A DNA stretch of 63,179 bases, filler included. It is 11 parts of 11 records of this genome, joined end to end, with 100 filler letters (N's around TTAATTAATTAA, not from the genome) between each part and the next. Parts side by side here need not be neighbours in the genome. Positions count along the whole stretch, not along the records: positions 12,347 to 15,379 come from SRR7504441_793; positions 15,480 to 22,605 come from SRR7504441_794; positions 22,706 to 29,535 come from SRR7504441_796; 8 more parts are not named here. One strand, given 5' to 3'. This document shows positions 12,347 to 24,047 of the stretch, piece by piece. Each line of letters begins with the position of its first letter. The stretch's first letter is position 1. The notes beneath the pieces were generated by a model, which did no database searches, had not been told where the DNA came from, and saw only the letters and a list, made by a program, of their open reading frames with translations. The position numbers and the translations under genes are program-made.

Positions 12347-15300
12347 GGAGGAGGTGTGAAATGGCAGACCAGAGCCATCAAGGGACCAGAGCGCGTTGGA
12401 GGCTGTGGTAGCTTGAAGCGGACACGGCGCTGTAACACTCAAGCCTGTCCTCGAGATTGTAAGCTCAGCGCTTGGACCAAGTTTGGATCCTGTTCAAACT
12501 CTTGCGGCGGTGGACATCAAGTGAGAACTCGTTCTGTGGTTGTAGACTTGATGTATGGAGGAAAGCCGTGCGGAAACCAAAGAGACCTCAGACGCTGTAA
12601 CACAGCGCCTTGTCCTGCAGACTGTGAAACTTCCAAATGGGGTTCATGGTCAAAGTGTGACAGCAAGTGTGGAACAGGTAACCAAAACAGAACCAGAACC
12701 ATAACACAGATGCCAACACCAAATGGTTATGAATGCCCAGCACTGATGGAACAGCGTCATTGCAAGACAAAGCCCTGTTCTGCAAATTGTACAGTCAGCG
12801 CATGGCAAGCGTGGAGTGGTTGCATGCGGAATGGAGCTGAGGTCAAATGCGGAAGCGGTTTAAAATACCGGTCGAGAAAAGTGCTGCAGCTGCAAAAGTT
12901 CAACAGTACCTCGTGTGGCCCGCTGTCAGAGAAACAAGTTTGCCATTCCCAACCTTGCTCAGTTGATTGCAAATATACTGTGTGGACCAAATGGAGCGGC
13001 TGCATGCGAACCTCTCAAGTGGGAGGCCGAAGATTCAGATTCCGTCAGCTGACGCCACCTAGTAATCATGGAGGCGCCTGTACTCAGCCGGTAGTTGAGC
13101 AACAACTCTGCACAAGCAAACCTACGCCCAATGGGTGCATGCTCTCTAACTGGGCAGCATGGTCTCCATGCTCTGCGCAGTGTGGGTCAGGGCTGCAGCA
13201 ATCTCACCGCATTGTGTACTCTCAGCCTACCCACAGGGGCAAAGCATGCGGGAGCCTGACCAAGTCCAGGCCATGCAATCCAGACCCGTGCCCCGTCTCC
13301 TGCCAAATGAGTGAGTGGGGAACCTGGAGCTCCTGCAGCAAGTCCTGTGGCAGCGGTACAACCAGGAGAGAACGAAAAGCGAAAACTGCTCCAGCACACG
13401 GGGGAGCTCAATGTCCTAACCAATTCGAGTCTGCACCTTGCAACACCGAACCCTGCGACTCGAGCTGTGAGTACACACCATGGACTGAGTGGAGTTTGTG
13501 CTCAAAGGAATGCGGCGGAGGCACCAAGTTCAAGTCCAGGACTCTTTTGACAGGTGACACGACCAAATGCCGCGATGTGAAGCAGTCGTTGGACTGCTCT
13601 ACTCAAGCATGCCCAATTGCTTGCATCATGTCAGAATGGTCGACTTGGCAGCCCTGCACTGTAGCATGTGATGGTGGCACAACACTGAGAATGAGAGAAA
13701 TAGTTTCCAAGCCACGGAATGGCGGCAAAGTATGTGGAGAAGTGAAGGACTATAAGGACTGCAATACCTGGGCTTGTCCAAAGGATTGTGTAGTAGTCAA
13801 ATGGAGCCAATGGCGGGCAAATGTGGCGTCACAGGTTCTTGCTCTCTGATGAAGTGTCAAGCCAAAAGTGTGGTGCCTTGACTCAGACCCGAGACTGTAA
13901 CATGCAACCTTGCCCTGTAAAGTGTGAGGTGAGCTCCTGGCAGCCCTGGGGTGAGTGCTCGCAGAAGTGCATCCAGAGTGGCAAAGTTGGCATTCAGTAC
14001 AAAGCTCGCAAGATACTAAAGCCCCCAATGTACAGAGGTGACTCGTGCCCAAAGCTCAAGAGGTCACGAAAGTGCAACGAGATTAGCTGTCCACAGTCGT
14101 GCAGTGTATCAGGTTGGGGCAACTGGACCAAGTGCAGTCAAAAGTGCGGCATCAAGAACGAAGCTGCAACATGCAGCTATGCCCAGTAAATTGTAAGATG
14201 TCTGCCTGGGCTGCCTGGAGTAAGTGCACAAAGGAATGCGTCACTGAGGATGGAGCTGGAAGGCAAATGAGAATGCGCAAGACTGTTGCAATGGCCGCAA
14301 ATGGCGGGCTTGGTTGCAGCAAGCGGCTGGAGACACGAGCGTGCAATACTCAATACTGTGGGGCAAAGTGTAGGTTTTCCCCTTGGTCCAAATGGAGTAC
14401 ATGCGATCGAAGTTGCTCATCGCCTTCCAGCCCAGGGCAGCAAACAAGGACACGGACTCTTGAAAGCGGCGAGGCAAAGATGTGTGGAGTGCTGGTAGAG
14501 AAGCGTCCATCAGAATGTCCAGCATCACCTTGGTCTGACTGGGATGAGTGTTCAACCTCCTGTGGAGGTGGGACACAGGTGAGGCACCGGGTCATTATTT
14601 CTGACCTGAGCCATCTTGGAATTCCATGTGGAAGAACAAAGGAATCTAGAACATGCAATACAGGTAAGGTGCAATGGAGGAAAACAGTACAAGTCCAGAG
14701 AGGTTTTGACTGCAGCCAAGTATGGTGGTGTCAAGTGTCCAAAGCTCAAGCTAATGCGCTCATGCAATGGTAATCCGTGTCCTATCAATTGCAAAGTTGC
14801 AGCTTGGAAAGATTGGATAAGCTGCTCAAAATCTTGCGGTGGTGGTATTCAGAGTCGATTTCGCATTGTGAAGACTAAACCAAAGCACGGTGGATCTGAG
14901 TGTCCACAGCTGAAAGAGAAGCGACGCTGTCGGACGAGACCGTGCCCAATCCACTGTAAGCTCTCAGTGTGGTCTCCATGGAAGGCTTGCACAAAGGAGT
15001 GTGGCGGAGGGACCAAAGCAAAATTGAGAAAGGTGCTCAGGAGCCCAAAGCATGGCGGTAAGAACTGTGAAGCACTAGAGGAAGAAAAGGCTTGCAACGA
15101 GAAGCCATGTCCTGTAGACTGTAAGGTCTCTGAGTGGATCGATGGGCGGTGCAACAAGTCTTGTGGGAAAGGCTCTTACATCAGGAAACGAGAAGTAGTT
15201 GTCAAGCCTCTGCATGGTGGCCCCTGTAAAGTTTCCGAGTGGGCAACTGGCAAATGTTCAAAGTCTTGTGGTGCTGGAAGTGCAAAGCGAACACGAAAGG

Positions 15301-15379
15301 TGATTCAGCAAGCCAAATTTGCTGAAGACCGCTCTGAATTCCATTGTCCAGCCCTAATCAGGGACATTCCCTCAAAGTC
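12347..15379 (+). CDS. Thrombospondin type-1 (spondin-like) repeat protein, internal fragment with disrupted repeats
   Basis: Roughly 18 copies of CxxSxWxxWxxCSxxCGxGxxxRxR...GGxxC...CNxxxCP. Frame changes near 13810, 14150 and 14665. Confidence 0.85.
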
Positions 15380-15676
15380 NNNNNNNNNNNNNNNNNNNNN
15401 NNNNNNNNNNNNNNNNNNNNNNNTTAATTAATTAANNNNNNNNNNNNNNNNNNNNNNNNNNNNNNNNNNNNNNNNNNNNGAGCAGCTCGATTTCAGCCAA
15501 TTTGGCCTTCCTGTTCAGCATCCCTCCGGTGCAGAGCTTACCGTCGTTAGAGCCCGGCCGGTGCCTCGGGCTCGGCACGGGGAGGCAGGAGAGCACCGGC
15601 AAGAGGGAGAAATTAAAAGAAAAGAAAATATTGCCGTTGGGCGAGACTCAGCTTCTTGCCAGCGAGCTTCGTCGGT

Positions 15677-16468
15677 ATGGCACTACGGAGACTGGGCATG
15701 GCCGGGGCCGCCGTGGCCGCGGGGGCGGTCTCGATCAAGGAAGTGATGTGCAACGCGGATCACATTGTGCCGCCGGACTACCCGTTCAACCACAAGGGCT
15801 TCCTGGGCGGGTTTGATGCTTCCTCGATCCGGCGGGGCTACCAGGTGTACACAAACGTGTGCGCCACCTGCCACTCGATGAATCTAATGGCCTACCGGAA
15901 CCTGGTGGACGTGTGCTACACCGAGGATGAAGTCAAAGAGTTCTGCGATGAAGTGGAAGTGATGGACGGCCCGAACGACGAGGGCGAGATGTTCGAACGC
16001 CCGGCCAAGCTGTCCGACCACTGGGTCCCCCCCTACAAGAGCGAGGAGGAGGCGCGGTACGCGAACAACGGGGCGTACCCGCCCGATCTGTCCCTGATGG
16101 CCAAGGCCCGCATGGACAAGGAAGACTACATCTTTGCGCTGCTCTTGGGCTACAGAGAGCCTCCGGCGGGCGTGTCTGTCAACCCAGGGATGCACTACAA
16201 CCCTTACTTCCCTGGCGGTCAGATCGCCATGCCCCGGCAGCTGATGGATGGGATGCTGGACTACGACGACGGCACCCCAGCCACAGCCTCTCAGATGGCC
16301 AAGGACGTCTCAGTTTTCCTGGCGTGGGCGGCTGAGCCCACACAAGACGAGAGGAAGCTGATGGGTCTCAAGTGGACCGCCTGCTTTATCGTGGCGGCCG
16401 GGCTCACCGGGTACTACAAGCGCTTCCGTTGGGGCCCGCTCAAGTCTCGCCGGATCTCATATGTTTGA
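15677..16468 (+). CDS. CYC1: Mitochondrial cytochrome c1
   Basis: Short presequence; RRGYQVY..VCATCHSM heme motif; ARYANNGAYPPDLSL; YNPYFPGGQIAMP; C-terminal TM. Intronless. Confidence 0.98.
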   Translation: MALRRLGMAGAAVAAGAVSIKEVMCNADHIVPPDYPFNHKGFLGGFDASSIRRGYQVYTNVCATCHSMNLMAYRNLVDVCYTEDEVKEFCDEVEVMDGPNDEGEMFERPAKLSDHWVPPYKSEEEARYANNGAYPPDLSLMAKARMDKEDYIFALLLGYREPPAGVSVNPGMHYNPYFPGGQIAMPRQLMDGMLDYDDGTPATASQMAKDVSVFLAWAAEPTQDERKLMGLKWTACFIVAAGLTGYYKRFRWGPLKSRRISYV

Positions 16469-16671
16469 GAGTCGGAGGGGGTTAGCGAGTTAAGGCGCTG
16501 ATCTCCCTAAGCGTGACGCGCCCTCAGTGTGGCTCTCTAACCGCGGATGATCATCCGGAACAATAAATTATGACAAGGTTTAATATTATGCACATGTTGA
16601 TCTCTATTGCGTTCATACTGAATCAACTGTTACATGATTGTACGGTGCGAGCTAGCTAGTTGTAATCTGGG

Positions 16672-18264
16672 TTAGTACGCGCGGCTCCAGTACCCGCATA
16701 CTTGTCTAATTATCTCTGCGATCCTTGCTGGGCCGACTTGGCCCTCAGCCAGCTCACCATCGGGCGGCGGCCACTGAATCTGATCAGCAAGCTGTTGCGA
16801 CCACGGTGACAGCAGCTTCTGCCGGAACCAATCAACTTCCTTGTCCAGATCTGCAAGCAGCGCGTCGGTCTCGGCCCCCGCCGGATGCGAGAGCTCGAGC
16901 ATATCCCTATACATGTCTGCGTGCACCATCCGTACTAGGGAGAATCGATTCTGTGCAATTGCCATCATTTTCAGCACATTTGGCAGTGCCTTGATCTGAG
17001 CGGGGACTTGCGCCGCTACCGGGTCCGGGGCATTAGACTGTTGCTTGTGCAGCCAGAGCGTGAAGCAGTAGCGCTTGGCCCTCGACGGGAGGACCCCATG
17101 CGCCATCGACGGATCCAGCAGTACAAGCCGGCCTTCTAATGGAGCGATCTTCACCGGTGGGTGCGGAAACGGCAGCAGCAACAACTCGCCCCCGTGCTCC
17201 TGCTTCCAGCCATGATTCAGGTAGAACAGCGCCGTTAGCCTCAGTCCGTTGGCGTTGGCAGTGGTGAACTCGCCGTCTATATGGATCCCATAGCACCCAC
17301 CCGTCCCTTGATTAACTTGTATCCGGAGCTCCTGCAGATTGAGCCCGGGCACAAGCCCCGTCAGGACCGACATCATGCTCGCGTCCCGCTCTATCGCCGC
17401 GAACAGCGGAGCCTCGGACCCAGCAGCTTTGCCGTCCGGCCTACGGAATCCAAGCGATGTCTCTAAGATCCCGTGATTGAGCAACGGATTGATCCCTTCC
17501 TGAATGGTTTGCCGCTGCGGGTCCAGACTATCAGAGTTGGCGCAGGCGTTCGCCGAGTTGTACGACGACGACTGCCACATCAGCGACTGACCCTCCAGCC
17601 GGGCCATCTCCGCACGCAGGCGCGCACAGCTTTCCGGGCTCAGCACGCCATCAACAATGGCGAACCCATCCGCCCGAGCCGCTTCCAGCACCGACGGCTC
17701 GAGCGCCCGGCACACCTCAGCTAACAAGCTGCTGCTCCGTTCGGGCGTTGGATCCGGGGCCACTGACAGCTCTGGGCGGGGGAGGCCACGGAGGGTATCC
17801 TCGGCCATCCAGACAACCCCTTGCGGGCTAAGGCCGCCCTCCCGGCGCAGCTCGCCCAGCGGGACCCACAGCTCGCCCGGGGCCGCCCGGTGCTCGGCCT
17901 CCCGGGCGCTCAGCCGGCCCCAGCCCGCCGTCTGCGCGTCCACCTCCAGCAGCGCCCCGGGCGGGACGGCGAGAATCCCCGGCCCCTGCCCGGGCCGCGC
18001 AGAGCAGCTCACCGCGCGCAGCACTCGAAACACCTCAGTGGGCCGCTCCGGCCTTGTGGCAGGTCGGCGCGGCCGGCGGATGCGGGGCCGGCCGCTGCCG
18101 GTCGGCAAGCAGGCAGCGTACCAGCGAAGTCGAGCGCGTAGAGTGACAGAGTATGGCTCGGGGCCGGCCTGCCCGGCAGGCGGGCTGCCGCAGTCCCGTG
18201 CGTGGCAGCGCAGCTGCAGCGGCGTGGCAAACTCGCGTCCACACATCGCACAGCCGAAACCCAT
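16672..18264 (-). CDS. 2OG-Fe(II) oxygenase (prolyl-hydroxylase-like) with N-terminal zinc finger
   Basis: CAMC...CHARDC; GCYGIHIDG, RLTALFYLN..W...HGGEL, HGVLPS..KRYCFTLW. Confidence 0.85.
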   Translation of the reverse strand: MGFGCAMCGREFATPLQLRCHARDCGSPPAGQAGPEPYSVTLRARLRWYAACLPTGSGRPRIRRPRRPATRPERPTEVFRVLRAVSCSARPGQGPGILAVPPGALLEVDAQTAGWGRLSAREAEHRAAPGELWVPLGELRREGGLSPQGVVWMAEDTLRGLPRPELSVAPDPTPERSSSLLAEVCRALEPSVLEAARADGFAIVDGVLSPESCARLRAEMARLEGQSLMWQSSSYNSANACANSDSLDPQRQTIQEGINPLLNHGILETSLGFRRPDGKAAGSEAPLFAAIERDASMMSVLTGLVPGLNLQELRIQVNQGTGGCYGIHIDGEFTTANANGLRLTALFYLNHGWKQEHGGELLLLPFPHPPVKIAPLEGRLVLLDPSMAHGVLPSRAKRYCFTLWLHKQQSNAPDPVAAQVPAQIKALPNVLKMMAIAQNRFSLVRMVHADMYRDMLELSHPAGAETDALLADLDKEVDWFRQKLLSPWSQQLADQIQWPPPDGELAEGQVGPARIAEIIRQVCGYWSRAY

Positions 18265-18332
18265 CCGGCCCTGGCGCTGGCGGAGCGCAAGTCCGTTACG
18301 CCTGCCCAGCTGACTTCCGCTGGCCGGGCACT

Positions 18333-18982
18333 ATGGCAATCGACGAGGCCGACGTACTCCAGGCGGCGTTCGACGGCGACAGCGAGCGGCTGATGAGCTA
18401 TATTGTGGAGGCAGACGCGAGCGAGAGGCTGGGCTACATGGCAACCTGCAAGGATCGGCTGACGCCCCTGCACGTGGCCGCCACGGCCGGGCATCCGCTG
18501 TGCGTCGCGCTGCTTCTCGAAGTCGCCCAAAAGCATGGCGCCAAGGCCGGATACGCGGACGTCCGGAGTGAGGTGCGGGGGCTGCAGGCCGGTGGCTCAG
18601 TAGGCGGGTCAGGACGGGGAGACTCCGCTGTACTTTGCGACCAGCAGCCTGCGTGCGGATTGCGTCCAGGTGCTGCTGGACGCCAAGGCCGACCCGCACG
18701 CCAAAGACGATGTGACGCTTCGCCTCGCCCCGCTACTAGCACCCCCCCTTCCCCTCCCTTCGCGTCCTGCTTCCGCCGACAGTAGCTCAGTATTGTGGGC
18801 GGCAGTACGGAGAATCTGCCTACAAACTAGCCTCGGCGGCCGCGGCCGGACAGCCAGCACCCATCGAATGCGACGACGACGTAGACAAAGTGGCCGAGTC
18901 CCAACGGATCCTTCAGATGATGCGCGCTGCCACGGGTGAGGCGCCTGACCTCCGGGACTCATTAGAGCCCTATAGTCCTTAA
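18333..18982 (+). CDS. Ankyrin-repeat protein
   Basis: LTPLHVAATAGHPLCVALLL, DGETPLYFA, DYGESAYKLA after removing a 40-nt and a ~94-nt GT-AG intron. 3' end uncertain. Confidence 0.75.
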
Positions 18983-19176
18983 CACGCATAGTCCTGCAAC
19001 ACCGCGGCGTGATAGTTTCGGCGGTATTTCGACGTTTTACAATTTTGCCATTTACATGTCCCGCAAACAGCGCTAGTACAATTTATACGTGAGTGAACTG
19101 CGATTCCTTCATGCACGTCAATTCTATTCATAAAAATTGTTCCGTGAGGCAACTGTTGTGGCAATGGCCCGCCGCT

Positions 19177-19922
19177 CTAGGCGATTTCGCCGCAGTCCTC
19201 GATCACGACCGACTGGGCGGTGGCGCCCGACTGGCTGCCAACCTTCTCGATTGCCTTGACCACGTCCATCCCTTCAACGACCTTCCCAAACACAACGTGA
19301 TTCCCCTGCCCCGCCCGCTCGGCCAACGGATATTAACGGACACCGCACGTCCAGCCACGGGGTGGGCACTGTGGTCAGGAAGAACTGGGATCCGTTGGTG
19401 TTGGGTCCGGCGTTGGCCATCGAAAGCAGCCCCTCCCCCTCGTGCTTGAGCTGGAAGTTCTCGTCCTCGAACTTCTGGCCGTAGATGCTCTCCCCGCCGG
19501 TGCCGTTACCGTTGGTGAAGTCGCCGCCCTGGCACCTGCCGGGCCCTCGGCCCGGACCAGCCGGCGGCCGGCACATGAACTGGGGAATCACGCGATGGAA
19601 GGCCGAGCCTTTGAAGTGCAGCGGCTTGCCCGACTGGCCCATCCCCTTCTCGCCAGTGCAGAGCGCCCGGAAGTTCTCAGCGGTCTTGGGCGCCACGTCC
19701 GCACGCAGCTGCCCGGCCGGCTGGCCAGGATCGGCCGGTGGTACCACCTCCATCTGGATCCTGCCAGCCGAGCTGCCGCCCACGTTCATGTCGAAGAAGA
19801 CCACAGGGTTCTTCGGGCCGGCTGCCCGGCCGTCCGACCCGCCCCAAACACCCCCGCGCACCGGTGCACATCGGCCGGATGTGCCGGACAAGGACTCCCG
19901 AGCGCCCGAGCATTGACTGCAT
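19177..19922 (-). CDS. Cyclophilin-type peptidyl-prolyl isomerase with probable mitochondrial presequence
   Basis: [59 protein letters not shown]. Introns 19822-19861, 19709-19747, 19536-19574, 19306-19348. Confidence 0.96.
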
Positions 19923-20019
19923 GACTGATGATATAATACGTTTTCAACGGCATTTTTTTTTACCCAGAAATGAAGACGATGAGGACGCATCGGTGAGCAT
20001 CGCGGCACTCGTTTGAGAG

Positions 20020-22605
20020 ATGCCGCGCTCCGGGAAGCGGGAGGAGCTGATGCAGGCCTGGAAGGCTCGCATCCGGCCCAGCCCCGCCGCGCGCCCGCCG
20101 GCAACCCACCTCGGCTACAGCGCCACCCGGCAGTGGACCGCAGCCGCGCCACCGCCGGCCGCAGACCCAGCCCCGACCCTAGCCGGGTCGGGCAGCCGGC
20201 AGCAGCAGGCTATGCTCAAAGGACTGCCGCACCGGGAGCAGGCGCTGCTCGTGCACGCGCTCCCGTCCGAGGACCAGCCGGGGGTGCTGGTCCGGATGCC
20301 GCCTGACCAGGCCGCCCCGGTGCTCGCCGCCATGCCGCGCCCTGCCCAACTGCTCTCGCGGCTGCCGGCCGGCACCGCCGCCGCTGTCATCCCGCGCCTG
20401 CCGCCGGACACGCGCGCCGGGCTGCTGGCGGAGATGTCCGCGCAGGCCAAGGCCGCTGCGTTTGGTGCGATGCCGGCCCGGGTCAAGATGAAGCTGCTCC
20501 CCTCGCTGTCCCCGGCCGATAAGACCATGGTCACCGCCGATGTGACTTCACCGCCTCGGAACAACCCGGCCAGGACGCCCCCGCGCGAGAGCCCAGGCGA
20601 GGTCGAGCGGCTGCGGGCTGAGCTGGCCAAGGCTGGGACACCGCCCTTAGCCGAACCTCCCAGGCAGACCAGCCCAGCGCCCTCACCAGACGATGAAAAA
20701 CGGCGGCGGGAGCAACGGCAGCATGCGCTCGAGGCGCGGAACGCGACCCTTCAGAGTGATCTGATCAGAGCGCGAGACGAGGCGGCGGCTGCTCGGGCCA
20801 AGCTGGAGCAAGCGGCTGTATCAGTGGCCGAGCTGGCGGGGCTTCGGGAGCGGGCCTCGCGTGCCGATGCAGCGCAGGCCGAGGCGGCCGAGCTGCGGGG
20901 GCGGCTGGTGGCAGCGCATGCCGAGAATGAGCGGCTGCGGGGCAGAGCTGGGCAGCTGGCAGCCGAGCTCGACGAGAGCTGTCAGAGAGTGAGCCGGTCG
21001 GAGGCGGAGCTGCTCGCCAGCCAAGCCGCCGCGGAGCCGGATTGGCGGCGGGAGCAGGGGCTGCGGACTGTAAAGTGGGCGGTTAGCCGCGCTGCCGGTG
21101 ATAGGATCCGCGCGGCTTTGGCGAGCTGGAAGAGAAACTGCGATGTCCGGGAGCTGCCAGCGCCAGATGAGCTGGCGGTAGCAAAGCAGGAGCTGCTGCT
21201 GGTTGCACGCTCCAAGGACCAGCTGCAGAAGGCGGCGGAATCACGGGTCGAGGCCGTTCGGACCTCTCTCGGGCAGTCGCAGGCGAGGGTGGCCACGCTG
21301 GAGGTGCCTGGTCTTTTGCGCCTCTCACCTGTGGGCAGGCCGAGCTGGGCCGGCTGCGCGAGTCTTTTGGGCCTGGGGCTGCGGGCGAACTGAAGGAATT
21401 AGTCCGCGAGAAGGGTGTGCTTCAGGGCAAACTGGAAGCGCTCGAGCAGTCGAGTAGCGCCCAATTAGCTGACCTCAACCAGAGGCTGGAGGCGAGCAAC
21501 GTGGATAACAAGATGCTCGAACAGCAGCTGCAGGACCCGCTCGCTTGCCAGGTGTGGCTGGGCTTGGGTTGGGCTTTGAACCGCGAGCCAGGTGGTAGCC
21601 GGGCTTGAGAGTAAGGTCGCTGAGCTCCGGCTGCGGCTGCGGCAAGAGCTAGAGAAACAGATGCTGCAAACCCGGCAGGAGGCAGGTGCGGTGGGTAGGC
21701 TGGAGGGCAAAGTGTCCGAGCTGCAGCAGCTGGTCGTGGAGAAGACTGATGCGATTGGGGCTCTCCAAGGCAAGTTGGATCTGATGAAGCAGATGCACGA
21801 TAAACTTCTGGACGAGAGTTGCGCCTACCCCCGCACGCCCCAGCGGGCGGTGACGCCTTCGAGGGGCGATCTGGAGCTCAAAATAGCCCAGCTGGAGCGG
21901 ACGCTGCTCGCGCGGGACTCGGTGCTGGAGGCGGCACACGGAGATCTGGCCGCATCGGCGGCGAGGCAGGAGCTTATGAGAGCGGAGCTGGCTCAAGCGC
22001 TGACTCGGACTGCAGAGCAGCTTGAAGCTAGCCTGGGCGAGAGCCCCGTCGGTCGAGGGCTTGCTCCAGAGAGTCTGGTGGTGGCGGGCGGGGTGGAGGC
22101 GAGCGCAGCGGAGGTCAAGCGGCGGTTATCGGGGAAACTCGATGCGATGCCGCAGATGCAAGCTCGGCTGGATGCGCAGCGCAGTGCAGCGGCTGAGGGC
22201 AGCCCTGGAGTGATTTCAGGGCTGCAGGGGCTCTTAGGCCGCAGGCTGGACGGGTTGCGGGTAGGTGACGACGGGCTTGGGATGAGCCGGATGCTTGAGG
22301 ATGCAGAGCTAGTGGCGCAGGTTGTGAACTCGCTCAGTGTGCTGCTGGATGTGCTAGAGGAGAAGTCCGAGGCCAGCACGATGCTGCAGGGCCGCTTGGA
22401 TACAATCCGGGCCATGCGGGCGGAAAGCGAGGAGGAGGAGCAGACGCGCTGGCTCGAAGACAAAGTGGCCGAGCTCAAGGCTTTGCTCAGGGCGAGAGTG
22501 CACGAAGCCGGCGTGCTGCATGGCAAGCTTGAAGCGATGAGACGGAAACAGGCTGGTGACACGGACAGCGAGGTGGTGGCTGGGCTGGAGGGGCAGCTGG
22601 CGGAG
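20020..22605 (+). CDS. Long coiled-coil protein with MgtE-N-like helical repeats (3' truncated)
   Basis: AAxLxxMP-type repeats, then heptad-rich region with recurring LQGKLD/LEGKV. Introns of 35 and 40 nt join three ORFs. Confidence 0.7.
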
Positions 22606-22936
22606 NNNNNNNNNNNNNNNNNNNNNNNNNNNNNNNNNNNNNNNNNNNNTTAATTAATTAANNNNNNNNNNNNNNNNNNNNNNNNNNNNNNNNNNNNNNN
22701 NNNNNGCATGGATCCTGCGTTTTATACGCGATAAACCCGGCAATTCGCAGACGACAAGTCAAGTATATAATGACAAGTACACGTAGACGACAAGGCTACA
22801 CCGACTTCAATCCCTACACCGCTATGGACGCCATAGGATTCCTATCACCTCTGCGCGCAGCCTCTGTCCTGCGCCATTGCCATTAGCCAGGACGGGACCA
22901 CGGACACAACTCGCGCACGTGCAATCACTCGCAGCA

Positions 22937-23917
22937 ATGAATGTGCTCGGGTTCCAGCTGACCGCCATCTTCAGCATAGCGGCCGTGGGCGCGCTCGGGG
23001 CGATGGTGCCCGGGGCGATTACCCGGTACACCTCCTCCACGCCGTCCACCGGCTCGGTGTTCAGTTACGCCAACATGTGCTCGTCGGGGGTCTTTCTGGC
23101 CGCAGGGCTGGTACACTTGCTCCCGGACGCCACCGACGACCTGGCCGGGCTAGACACCCCGCTGCCGGTGGCCTCGGTGCTCGCCGGGCTCGGGTTCATC
23201 TTGCTGCTCGCGATCGAGCAAGTCACGGGCCACGCGCAGACGGAGGTAGCCTCTTGCAAGGAGGCCACCGCCACACCCAACGCCTCACCGAGCACCTCCG
23301 ACCACAACCCGCTCAGTGCGCCGCTGGGCAAGGGAGACGCGCTCGCCGCCCCGACCCACTCGAGCTACAGCATGGCCGACGAGACGTACGCCCTGTACGA
23401 GGATGCTCCGGTCCAGTCCGGCAGCTCGAGCTGGGTTACAGCGATGGTCCTCTGGGCCGCCCTTTCGGCGCACTCTCTCCTGGCAGGTGCGGGCCGAGCC
23501 TGCGGGCCAGTCTAATGAGCTGATGGGGCAGGGCTGGCGCTGGGAGCTGACACGGCTGAGGCGCAGTGGGGCGTGCTCGTGGCAATCCTGGCCCACAAGG
23601 GGCTGGCGGCGTTCGCTCTGTGCTGCAGTTTGCTCAAGGCAAATGCGCAGCGGTGTAGCCTTTGGTCGACGTTGGTCAGCTTTGTGCTGACCACGCCTAC
23701 TGGCGTCGTGTTGGGCATGGGGATGTCAACCATACTTGATGGTAGCGACAACTTTACGGGCGTGGTCAAGGCGCTCGCTGCTGGCACGTTTGTATTCGTT
23801 CCAGCCATGGAGCTGATCCCCGTGGAGCTAGCTTCTCCGTGGGGACAGAAGTGGATCAAGCTGGTGGCGTTGGGGCTCGGCTATTGCGGCATGTCTGTTT
23901 TAGCCATATGGTGTTAG
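22937..23917 (+). CDS. ZIP-family zinc/iron transporter
   Basis: SSGVFLAAGLVHLLPD, HSLLAGLALG, AILAHKGLAAFAL, ALAAGTFVFV. One 45-nt GT-AG intron. Confidence 0.92.
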
Positions 23918-24047
23918 TGTCGAGTGCGAATTCCAAGTAAACTCATCATGTAAGTAATATTGCGTACCGGTAAATACTGCAGCACGTATACACCACGTAT
24001 GCAGAAGTACCGAGTAGAGAGGTTTAGATTGTTTAAATTAACAAACA

